Shown piece after piece: positions 29,096 through 36,865 of a stretch of 64,000 nt of DNA. The stretch's first letter is position 1. Every line of letters starts with the position of its first letter. The position numbers were made by a program, and so were the translations under genes. The notes under the pieces are model-generated. The model worked only from the letters and a program-made list of their open reading frames with translations. It searched no databases and was not told the origin of the DNA. Source of the stretch: Cyanobacteriota bacterium (GTDB taxonomy: Bacteria; Cyanobacteriota; Cyanobacteriia; PCC-6307; Cyanobiaceae); the NCBI GenBank assembly GCA_026389265.1, contig JAPLIE010000174.1, forward strand, positions 23,568 to 87,567, in the 5' to 3' direction.

Positions 29096-29485
29096 ATGGC
29101 TGACGCTCCCTATCTCGTTGCCCTGGCCCTGGTGGAGTTCGACGGCAAGCGCGCCCTGCCGCTCACCGGCAAATCCCAGACGGCCGCCGCTGCTGATGCG
29201 CTCGATCCTGGCGATGACGGTCGCACCTTGGCGTTGGAACTCTTGCTACGCCTGTGGCAGCGCAGTGAAGAGGGCCCTCTGCAACGGGCCGCTGGAGAGG
29301 CCAGCCTGCTGCTGGTGGAACTGCCGATGGAGCTGATGAGCGAACAGTTGCCGCTGCTCAAGGCGAACTGGATCTCCGGCGGTGAAACGACGGCGTTGCT
29401 CACCAGCCTGGAGGAGCTGGCGATCAGGGCCTGGCGGATCACGATCGCCAAGTACGAGCCGGTGAGCTTCATCGCCTGGCCCTGA
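29096..29485 (+). CDS. Conserved picocyanobacterial hypothetical protein
   Basis: MADAPYLVALALVEFDGKRALPLTGKS...LALELLLRLWQRS; GC3-rich coding pattern. Confidence 0.7.
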   Translation: MADAPYLVALALVEFDGKRALPLTGKSQTAAAADALDPGDDGRTLALELLLRLWQRSEEGPLQRAAGEASLLLVELPMELMSEQLPLLKANWISGGETTALLTSLEELAIRAWRITIAKYEPVSFIAWP

Positions 29486-29532
29486 TCGGCCGTTGGCCAT
29501 GCCCCCATCTAGGCACAATTTGGGTCTTCTCA

Positions 29533-29750
29533 TTTGAGGACTGGCTGTTTCGCTGTTCACCCCAGAGCCGCGTCGACATCTGGTCCCATGACCTCGCGGG
29601 CGAACCGCGCTCAGACCTTGCCCGAGAGGACCACCACGGCCAGCAACAAGGCCACCAACACCAGCTCGCTCAACATTGTTTCGATCGGCATGCCCGGATC
29701 CCTGCTCAGATCCTCACTGTCCGCTATTGATCCTCACAACGCGCCCCCCA
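29533..29750. repeat. ~220-bp dispersed direct repeat, copy 1 (copy 2 at ~33483-33698)
   Basis: Long matching blocks, e.g. tggctgtttcgctgt...acatctggtccc...cagacct[t/g]gcccgagaggaccacca...aaggccaccaacac...gcatgcccgg. Confidence 0.9.
29611..29691 (-). CDS. Putative 26-aa hydrophobic micropeptide MPIETMLSELVLVALLLAVVVLSGKV
   Basis: Same-length ORF in both repeat copies; four synonymous and three amino-acid-changing codon differences between copies. Confidence 0.45.
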   Translation of the reverse strand: MPIETMLSELVLVALLLAVVVLSGKV

Positions 29751-29944
29751 AGCGGGGGCAAAGCCCCCCCGAATGGGGACTGGGCTTGCGGCACCCTGCA
29801 GCAACACGCTGATCGGCCAACCGTTTCAGGCTGCCATGGCAGCCCACGAGCAGAGGGCCACTGGCATTCAGGAGGTTCAGGCTGAGCAGTCCAACCTAAA
29901 CTTGCTGGGCGCTAGTCAGAAGGGTGCCTCCCTCTGGGCTGCCT

Positions 29945-31297
29945 ATGGATTCACTCGCCGCTATCCCCGATCCATCGACAGCACCGCTCACGATCGCCTT
30001 CTTCGGCCTTGGGGCGGTGGGCTCCTCGATGCTGATCTGCCTCTCGGAGCTGGCCGATCGCGACGACGTGCCGTTGCGCTTCGTGGTGGTGGTGCTGAAC
30101 GACGAGCTGGCCCGCGATGCCCTGTTCCATGCCGAACAGCTGTTCGACCGGATCGACTTCATCGCTCTGCCCGACTTCGGCCCTCTCTTTGATGGCAGCG
30201 CCCCGGAACTGCAGCGGCTGGCCGGTGCCCAGTTGTTGATCAACGCCGCCCAGCCCGGTTTCAACACGCCCCTGCTTGAGCTCGGCCTCAGGCTCGACGC
30301 CCATGTGGTGGATCTGGCGTCGGACATGTACGACGCCGAGACTGAGCGCAGCCTCACCTTCTCCCAGTACGCCTTTCATGAGGCTTACCGCGACCGCGGC
30401 CGCACCGCCCTGATCAATCTCGGCGTATCCCCTGGTTTAACGAACTTCCTGATCGGCCTGCGCCTGCATCAGCTGCGCGGTTCCCGCCGCCGCGACCTGA
30501 AGATCGAGAGCGTGGACCTCTATCTCCTGGAAGACATCGACGCCGATGAGATCGTGTTTTCCTGGTCGCCGCTGGTGGCTCTTGAGGAGCTGGCGGAGCG
30601 GCCCCGGCTGCTACGCGATGGGCGCATCCAGGTGCTCGACCCCTTCAGCGCCGCCCGCGACCACCATTTCCCCGGCGAAGTGGAGCCCACCCGCCAGTAC
30701 CCCCTCTACCAGGAGGAGCTGCTGTCGCTGCATCGCTCTTTTCCCGAGATCGAATCGATCGGCGTCTACACCGGTGGCTCTGAGGTGGAGCTGGTGAAGG
30801 CTCTGTTCAAACTCAACCTGCTCTCCAAGCGCACCCTGCCGCAGCAGCAGAGCGAGCTGACGGTGGAGGCGATGGTGCGGGCCATCCTGCCGGGCATGAA
30901 TAAGCCGCGCCGCATTGAGGAATATCTGCGCAATGGCGTGATCCGCCGTGCCCACTTCGCCGCAGCCGCTGAGATCCGCTACACCGAGAACGTGCGCAAC
31001 GACCGTCAGGTCACGATCGAGACCGTCGGCCTCAGCTACCTGCGCTACCGGGGCCTGCTGGGCAGCCCCTACGCCGGCGCCACCTACATCTCCTATCCCA
31101 CGGCCGTGGGTGCAGCGATCCTGGCCTGGCATGCCTTGGAGTTCCTCCGAGAGGGGGGCGGTGAACTGGCGGGGGTTATCACAGGGGAGGATCTGGCCCG
31201 GCTGTTGCCCCGTACCCGTGCAGACGCCATTCGACGCGATCTGGTGGCCTGGGATATCGATCTGTTCGAGAGTGTGCGCGACGCCACGCCGGTGTGA
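29945..31297 (+). CDS. Saccharopine dehydrogenase / homospermidine synthase-like NAD(P)-dependent oxidoreductase
   Basis: Rossmann motif FFGLGAVG; VVDLASD; NLGVSPGLTNFL; FSWSP. Confidence 0.75.
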   Translation: MDSLAAIPDPSTAPLTIAFFGLGAVGSSMLICLSELADRDDVPLRFVVVVLNDELARDALFHAEQLFDRIDFIALPDFGPLFDGSAPELQRLAGAQLLINAAQPGFNTPLLELGLRLDAHVVDLASDMYDAETERSLTFSQYAFHEAYRDRGRTALINLGVSPGLTNFLIGLRLHQLRGSRRRDLKIESVDLYLLEDIDADEIVFSWSPLVALEELAERPRLLRDGRIQVLDPFSAARDHHFPGEVEPTRQYPLYQEELLSLHRSFPEIESIGVYTGGSEVELVKALFKLNLLSKRTLPQQQSELTVEAMVRAILPGMNKPRRIEEYLRNGVIRRAHFAAAAEIRYTENVRNDRQVTIETVGLSYLRYRGLLGSPYAGATYISYPTAVGAAILAWHALEFLREGGGELAGVITGEDLARLLPRTRADAIRRDLVAWDIDLFESVRDATPV

Positions 31298-31307
31298 GGC
31301 TTCCGTC

Positions 31308-31470
31308 CAGAACGCCCGGAGCAGACCCCAGCAGCATCAGACCGGCCCGACCAAGGTCATGGCGCTCCAGCAGCCGCGGGGTGGCAAACCCCGTCCAGCC
31401 GATTTCCTCAAAACTCCCGGCCACAAGGCCAACGGCAAGGAGCAGCCAAGGAAGATTCATTAACAGCGAT
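31308..31470 (-). pseudogene. CPBP (CAAX protease-like) fragment
   Basis: FEEIGWTGFATPRLL, then a frameshifted GLLRAFW (GLLWAFWH-like); no full-length gene. Confidence 0.55.
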
Positions 31471-31530
31471 CGTAAGCACCCCGGCCTGGCCTACTCAGGT
31501 GTAATACCAGGCTAATTCGCCTATCCTACC

Positions 31531-31881
31531 TCAGCCCATTCCGGTCTTGTCTTTCACGTCTTCGATGGTATTCCGGATTTTGGCCTCGACCTGCTTCTGC
31601 TTGCCGGCGAGACGATCTCCTTGGTTGCCCGTAACGTTGCCGATCGATTCCTGGGTCTTGCCCTCGAATTCTTTGGCGTCAGCCTTGACACGGCCAGCGG
31701 TGGCGGCCAAGGGTAAGGAAGGGCCGCTGAGGGTGAAGGCTCCTAAGGCATGGGCGGGAGCGGTTAAGGCCGGCGTGGCGATCAACACCAGCAGGCTGAA
31801 GGCAATGCCAAGGCAGGTAGCAGCCAACTGGCGCAGAAAACGAAGATTGTGATTCATGGTGGGGATGGAAAGGGAAGTCAT
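31531..31881 (-). CDS. CsbD-like stress protein with N-terminal signal/membrane segment
   Basis: RVKADAKEFEGKTQESIGNVTGNQGDRLAGKQKQVEAKIRNTIEDVKD. Confidence 0.85.
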   Translation of the reverse strand: MTSLSIPTMNHNLRFLRQLAATCLGIAFSLLVLIATPALTAPAHALGAFTLSGPSLPLAATAGRVKADAKEFEGKTQESIGNVTGNQGDRLAGKQKQVEAKIRNTIEDVKDKTGMG

Positions 31882-31931
31882 GACAATGTTTAGTGTTCGG
31901 TCTGTAGTGTTCGGTCTGTAGATCCGCGCGT

Positions 31932-32105
31932 TCAGCTGATCGAGGGACAGGGTTCAAGATCCAGCTTGTTGCCCCGGATCGCGGCGATATGCCGATCGAC
32001 CCGCGCCAACCTGCCCAGCACGAGGCAAAGATCAAAAGCCGAGAGTTCGCCGTCGGCTCTCCATTTCAGGCATGTGAGGCCCAGACAGCAGCCTGTGCTA
32101 ATCAG
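31932..32105 (-). CDS. Small hypothetical protein (LKWRADGELSAFDLCLVLGRLARVD...), non-ATG start
   Basis: Hand-translated open frame, not in the track; core shared with 34304-34480. Confidence 0.3.
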   Translation of the reverse strand: MISTGCCLGLTCLKWRADGELSAFDLCLVLGRLARVDRHIAAIRGNKLDLEPCPSIS

Positions 32106-32417
32106 TCCGTTGGTGTTGATGGCAGACCTCCTGGGTGCATCTGCTTCAAGTCTTCTCGATTATAGACACAACGACTGCTGCCAAACTGCTGTAATCAGCT
32201 GCGGCGGATGGTCAGAGGCGTTGCGGCGGATGCCGATCGCCATGCCAGCGCTTCAGTTCGCCACGATTCGGCCGTCGTGGATGCGAACGAGGCGCCCAGC
32301 CCGGTCCGCCGATCCATCACTGGCCTGCCGGTGTGGGAATCGAGGGCGCCGGTGGGTTCGTCGGCAGGCAGCCTGCGTGCAGATCATCGAGATCCTCACC
32401 GTTACGGCTGAGAGTGG

Positions 32418-32657
32418 CTAAGCCATAGCCTGCAAGGGTGCGCTCCACGTCGTAACCGGGCTTTTGATTTCCGGCACCTTGTCATCGGGGCCGCTACGAC
32501 GTCGTCGTTCGATCGCCGCCTCAATCGAGCGGTCCAGTGACTGAAGCTGGTGGTGCTGCATAACCGCATCCAGCAGCTGAAGCGTCAGCGCAGCGCCATT
32601 GAGGTGGTACTGGGTCAGGCGAATCTTCGCGGCAACGTGACCACTAGGCTTGCTCAC
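32418..32657 (-). CDS. Small hypothetical protein
   Basis: ORF track; helical content (LQSLDRSIEAAIERRRR). Confidence 0.4.
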   Translation of the reverse strand: MSKPSGHVAAKIRLTQYHLNGAALTLQLLDAVMQHHQLQSLDRSIEAAIERRRRSGPDDKVPEIKSPVTTWSAPLQAMA

Positions 32658-32760
32658 GACGGTAAAAGATCGCTGCTAGGTGCTCCGCAGGACACGGTTA
32701 CTCGCGCCATGCGGCTAAGATAACTTGGGCGTAAAATGTCCCAATTCCTCAGCACTTCCA

Positions 32761-33270
32761 ATGCAAGTACTCAATCGCACACTGCGCGCAGGCGTCGCAG
32801 CTCTAACTTTGAGCCTGTTGGCTTCAACAAGTGCTTTTGCAGGGGGTTCCACAATGCCCTCTAAGGACATTGTCGATACGGCTGTTTCGGCGGGCAGCTT
32901 CAAGACGCTCACAGCTGCGCTTGAGGCGGCCGGGCTCGTCGAAACCCTGAAGGGGAAAGGCCCATTCACCGTTTTTGCTCCAACCGATGACGCCTTTGCG
33001 AAGCTTCCTGAAGTCACGCTGAAGTCGCTTCTGAAGCCGGAGAACAAAAAGAATTTAACGGCGATTCTTACTTATCACGTCGTGGCCGGCAATGTGAAAG
33101 CCGCCGATGTCATCAAGCTCTCGAGCGCAAAGACATTGAACGGACAATCGGTCACGATCAAGACCGTGGGAGGCAAGGTCTTGATCAATGGAGCTACTGT
33201 TGTTAAGGCTGATATCGCAGCGACGAACGGCACGATCCACGTGATTGACACCGTACTGATGCCGAAGTGA
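32761..33270 (+). CDS. Secreted fasciclin (FAS1, MPB70-like) domain protein
   Basis: Signal peptide; [15 protein letters not shown]...[16 protein letters not shown]...ILTYHVV...[13 protein letters not shown]. Confidence 0.95.
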   Translation: MQVLNRTLRAGVAALTLSLLASTSAFAGGSTMPSKDIVDTAVSAGSFKTLTAALEAAGLVETLKGKGPFTVFAPTDDAFAKLPEVTLKSLLKPENKKNLTAILTYHVVAGNVKAADVIKLSSAKTLNGQSVTIKTVGGKVLINGATVVKADIAATNGTIHVIDTVLMPK

Positions 33271-33430
33271 TCTGCTGTTAAGCGGAATGAACGGGTGCCG
33301 CCGCTAACCTGCGGCACCCAAACGAACAGCCGTTCGAGCGAATCCGGCCAGAACTGATACTGGGGAAGTCGAATCAGTTCACCGATCTGAGGGGCCACCA
33401 CCACCGCCGGCGGACCCGGACTGTTCAGGT

Positions 33431-33472
33431 GAGGTCACAAAACACCTCGAAGAGAGATGGGGCTTCAGCCTC
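33431..33472 (-). pseudogene. 42-bp relic homologous to cp12 (28708-28749)
   Basis: gaggtcacaaaacacctcgaagagagatggggcttcagcctc vs gaggtcacagaacacctcgaagggagatggggcctcggcctc (38/42 by hand); encodes EAEAPSLFEVFCDL. Confidence 0.8.
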
Positions 33473-33482
33473 CTGGGGGTCG

Positions 33483-33698
33483 TTTGAAGAGTGGCTGTTT
33501 CGCTGTCCACCCCAGATCCGCGTCCACATCTGGTCCCTGGCCTCCCGGGCAAACCGCGATCAGACCTGGCCCGAGAGGACCACCAGGGCCAGCAATAAGG
33601 CCACCAACACAAGCTCGCTCAGCATTGTCTCGATAAGCATGCCCGGTTCACCGCTTAAATCCTTACTGTCTGCGATTAATCCCGACGACAGCGCCCCC
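33483..33698. repeat. ~220-bp dispersed direct repeat, copy 2
   Basis: Matches 29533-29750. Confidence 0.9.
33560..33640 (-). CDS. Putative 26-aa hydrophobic micropeptide MLIETMLSELVLVALLLALVVLSGQV
   Basis: Paralog of 29611-29691. Confidence 0.45.
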   Translation of the reverse strand: MLIETMLSELVLVALLLALVVLSGQV

Positions 33699-33814
33699 TA
33701 TCCGGTGGCAAAACGTTCCATCCGCAGTAGTCCAGCCACCCGCAGTAGCCCAGACGTGAAAGTCAGAGGCTACGCGCTGCCCTACCGGATGGGGACGATC
33801 GCTCCAGGGCAGGT

Positions 33815-34051
33815 TCAGCCGCGCCAGGTGGGCAGCCCGCCGCGGACCAGGGTGCCGCGATGACGCCAGAGCGCTTCTGGCGTCACCTGGACGTCATGCT
33901 CGGAGGCCAACTGTGCTGCAGCCTCGGTGGAGGTGGTGGCGCGCAGGGCCTGGGCAAAGGCGTTGTCGCTCTGCAGCAACTCCTTGAGCTGATGCAATGC
34001 CGCCGAAGAGGGATGGACGGCTTCAGGGGCCGGCAGGTTGCAGGTGGCCAT
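33815..34051 (-). CDS. Nif11-like domain protein
   Basis: LHQLKELLQSDNAFAQALRATTSTEAAAQLASEHDVQVTPEAL fits the Nif11 leader pattern. Confidence 0.7.
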   Translation of the reverse strand: MATCNLPAPEAVHPSSAALHQLKELLQSDNAFAQALRATTSTEAAAQLASEHDVQVTPEALWRHRGTLVRGGLPTWRG

Positions 34052-34161
34052 GGGACCTCCTTCTCAGAGTGATACCAGCCTAGGAACGGCGAACCAGATC
34101 GAGCACAGTTGGTTTCACCTGAAATGTTCTGCTTGGTCACCGTGACGAGACGTACCTCCTT

Positions 34162-34295
34162 TTACCCAGACCGTCGCAGCAGCTCATCAACAAAAAACTG
34201 TTCGCCAAGCGCTGCAGCGAGCTGGGCGACGTCTTCGGCAGTGACGGCAGCTTGCCATGCAGGCCACAGGGCGGGTCTTCGTGCATCCTGCCCTG
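34162..34295 (-). pseudogene. Second Nif11-like fragment, apparently frameshifted at its start
   Basis: PALWPAWQAAVTAEDVAQLAAALGEQFFVDELL; a nearby ATG is out of frame by one base. Confidence 0.45.
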
Positions 34296-34303
34296 AAAAG
34301 CCT

Positions 34304-34480
34304 TCAGCCGATCCAGCGCTGTGACAGGGAATTGGAGGTGGACTGACGTAGGGAGGAGATCTGCTGATCCACCCGAGCCAGGCGCTCCAGCACCAACAGC
34401 AGTTCCTCAAACAGGACTCTTGGGGCTGGGGCGCAGCCCCTCTGCGGGCCACCGCTCAGCAACTCGGTGACCCGGATCAC
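34304..34480 (-). CDS. Small hypothetical protein (...EELLLVLERLARVDQQISSLR...)
   Basis: Hand-translated 58-aa GTG-start frame; core shared with 31932-32105. Confidence 0.3.
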   Translation of the reverse strand: MIRVTELLSGGPQRGCAPAPRVLFEELLLVLERLARVDQQISSLRQSTSNSLSQRWIG

Positions 34481-34597
34481 AACCTGGCTTGAGCAATCTC
34501 ATCGGCCCTGCTGACCCGGATCAACACCCATCGGTTTCGGGGGCCTGAGAGTGCAGGGACAGGCAAAGCCAATGCCTCTCCCTCACCCCAAAGAGCC

Positions 34598-34909
34598 ATG
34601 ACATTCCTCCACTTTCACAGCGCCACCAACGTCAACGCCATCACCTTCAACGTGATCACCGTTGGCGCTGTCGTCGTTTGCGGGGCAATGGTGAGTCTCC
34701 CCCCGGCAATGGCGGTCCCCATCGGCGGGGTGGTGCCCTCCGCCGCCACCAACGGCGTCAGCGGGCCCCGTCGCCCCGGCCCGATCACCACCACCAACAC
34801 CACCACAAGCTCCAGCTCCAGCTCCAGCATCATCACCAGCAGCGCCCCCAAAGTGGCTAAGGGACGGCCCATGATCATTCCGACCGCTTCCGAGGTCAGG
34901 GCTGATTGA
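34598..34909 (+). CDS. Small secreted Thr/Ser-rich hypothetical protein
   Basis: ATG, hydrophobic segment ending PPAMA, TTTNTTTSSSSSSS tract. Confidence 0.45.
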   Translation: MTFLHFHSATNVNAITFNVITVGAVVVCGAMVSLPPAMAVPIGGVVPSAATNGVSGPRRPGPITTTNTTTSSSSSSSIITSSAPKVAKGRPMIIPTASEVRAD

Positions 34910-35026
34910 ACGTCAGGTCAAGTCGCCCATCCCGGAAGAGTGTGCAGCGAAGCCCGCTCCGCTGCACTGGGGCCGCCGTAGCGGTGGTCATCTTCTTGGG
35001 CTCACTATCTTGGCCGATGCTAAACT

Positions 35027-36706
35027 TTGATCAAGAATTCAAAAGACAACGTCTTGCTCAAGATCTTGCTCAAGCATGCGCTTGGGGCTTTGTTCGCAGG
35101 GCTCTCGCTTCCACTGATGGCGATCAGTCCGGTCCATGCCGGCGAACTCCTTTCCTTTTCTTACGGGCCGCTGATCCGCTCATTGCGCATCAGTTCTCTA
35201 CAGGCCTTCGCGAAGGATGGCAGCGTTGCTGAGGATCTGGCCTTCTTTCTGCAGTTCACTCCTGCCAATAAGCGAGCGGAGTTGCGCTCTGCCTTGGTGC
35301 AGCGGGCTGACATCGACCCGTTGTTGGTGTCGCAGTTCTTTAACAGCCGAATTGGCTCTGATGTGCTGGAGCGGTTGGGACGTGGCATCACCATGCAACG
35401 GGGTGGCAATGGCAAATTCGCGTTGCGATCTGCTCTGGTGGGGGCAGCCTTCTCCAGCGACGGTTTGAGCCTGCTCAGTGTGCTCCAGCAATTGCCAACC
35501 AACATCCAGTTGCACGGGGAAACGATAGCTGGTGCCGCTAAGGCCGGAGAGAAGGTCATCGCCGCCACGGAGGTCATCACCTCCACCATGAGAGCTCTGT
35601 CGGCCAAAGAAGCCGCAGCACAGCCACAGGTTAACTTCAACTCCTTGCCGAATCCCGCCAAGCCGGGGCCATTTTCAGTGCGTAAGGAGGTGTGGAATCT
35701 GGTGGATGCCAGCCGCAACAGATCCTTCTATGTAGACGTCTACATTCCAGAGAAGAACACGGCTGCTCAGATCCCGGTCATCCTGTTCTCCCACGGTCTT
35801 GCCTCAAGGCCGGAGGATTACGGCGCAGGCCTCAAGCATCTGGCCAGCTACGGCTATGTGGTGGCGGCTCCTCAGCATCCAGGCAGCGACACGATCTGGC
35901 TGAAGGCCATGCTGAAGGGGTTGCATCGGGACATCTTCGATGTTCAGGACTTTATCCAGAGACCCAAGGACATCAGCTATGTGATCGATGAGTTGGGCCG
36001 GCGCAATGCCGGTTCCTTCGAGGGCAAGTTGAACCTTGCCTCCGTCGGGATTGCCGGTCACTCCTTCGGGGGGTACACCGCCCTGGCGGTGGCCGGAGCC
36101 ACGCTTGATTTCGACCATCTCCAAGCCGACTGCACCCGTCCCTATGCCGCCCTTGACATCTCCCTGTTGCTGGAGTGCCGAGCGCTTGAGCTGCCCCGCA
36201 AGTCCTATGCCCTTCATGATCCGAGGGCTCGGGCGGTGGTTGCCGCGAATCCGGTGATGCGCAGCATTTTCGGACCGAAAGGAACCCGTGCCATCGCCAT
36301 CCCCGTGATGCTCGCCTCCGGCAGCTACGACCCAGCCGCCCCCGCTGCTCTCGAGCAGGCTCTGCCGTTCACCTGGCTGAAGGAAGCGAACAAATATTGG
36401 ATGCTGCTGGAAGGCCAGGCCCACGTGAATTTCAACGAGATTGATCCCGGCATCAAGCAGACAATTGAATCGGTTGGCGATCTCGCGCTACCCAGCCAGG
36501 GATTGATTAGCAATTACATCAACGCCACCACTGTTCCCTTCTTCGAAATCTATCTGCGCAACAACCAGACCTATCTGCCACTACTCAGCTCTTCCTATGC
36601 TCAATATCTCAGTAAAGGCCAAAAGTTCCAGCTTTTTCTGGTTAGCGGTACTTCATCTCCCGGTGTTGTCAGCGCGATTGAGGCCTTCCGCAAGGCCATT
36701 CCCTAG
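35027..36706 (+). CDS. DUF1400 + alpha/beta hydrolase (dienelactone-hydrolase-like), cyanobacterial type
   Basis: SYGPLIRSLRISSLQAFA (DUF1400-like); VILFSHGLAS; GHSFGGYT nucleophile elbow; QAHVNF. Confidence 0.9.
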   Translation: MIKNSKDNVLLKILLKHALGALFAGLSLPLMAISPVHAGELLSFSYGPLIRSLRISSLQAFAKDGSVAEDLAFFLQFTPANKRAELRSALVQRADIDPLLVSQFFNSRIGSDVLERLGRGITMQRGGNGKFALRSALVGAAFSSDGLSLLSVLQQLPTNIQLHGETIAGAAKAGEKVIAATEVITSTMRALSAKEAAAQPQVNFNSLPNPAKPGPFSVRKEVWNLVDASRNRSFYVDVYIPEKNTAAQIPVILFSHGLASRPEDYGAGLKHLASYGYVVAAPQHPGSDTIWLKAMLKGLHRDIFDVQDFIQRPKDISYVIDELGRRNAGSFEGKLNLASVGIAGHSFGGYTALAVAGATLDFDHLQADCTRPYAALDISLLLECRALELPRKSYALHDPRARAVVAANPVMRSIFGPKGTRAIAIPVMLASGSYDPAAPAALEQALPFTWLKEANKYWMLLEGQAHVNFNEIDPGIKQTIESVGDLALPSQGLISNYINATTVPFFEIYLRNNQTYLPLLSSSYAQYLSKGQKFQLFLVSGTSSPGVVSAIEAFRKAIP

Positions 36707-36865
36707 TTTTTGTTGACCACGTTGGCTGGGCTTTTCCGCCGCTGTGCTGCGGCTGCGGCACTGCCCGCTTAGGCAGTCAGGCATTATCGCAGGCATTGTC
36801 GGCTTCGGTTATCGATGCCGCCCCGCTGTCTTCTTCTGCTCTGAAAAAGGTCTGCCATTCGACCC

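Noticed and set aside
33293-33319. Hairpin GGGTGCCGC-N9-GCGGCACCC after the fasciclin gene as an intrinsic terminator
   Set aside because: A 9-bp stem is present but there is no convincing U-tract on either strand; left uncalled.
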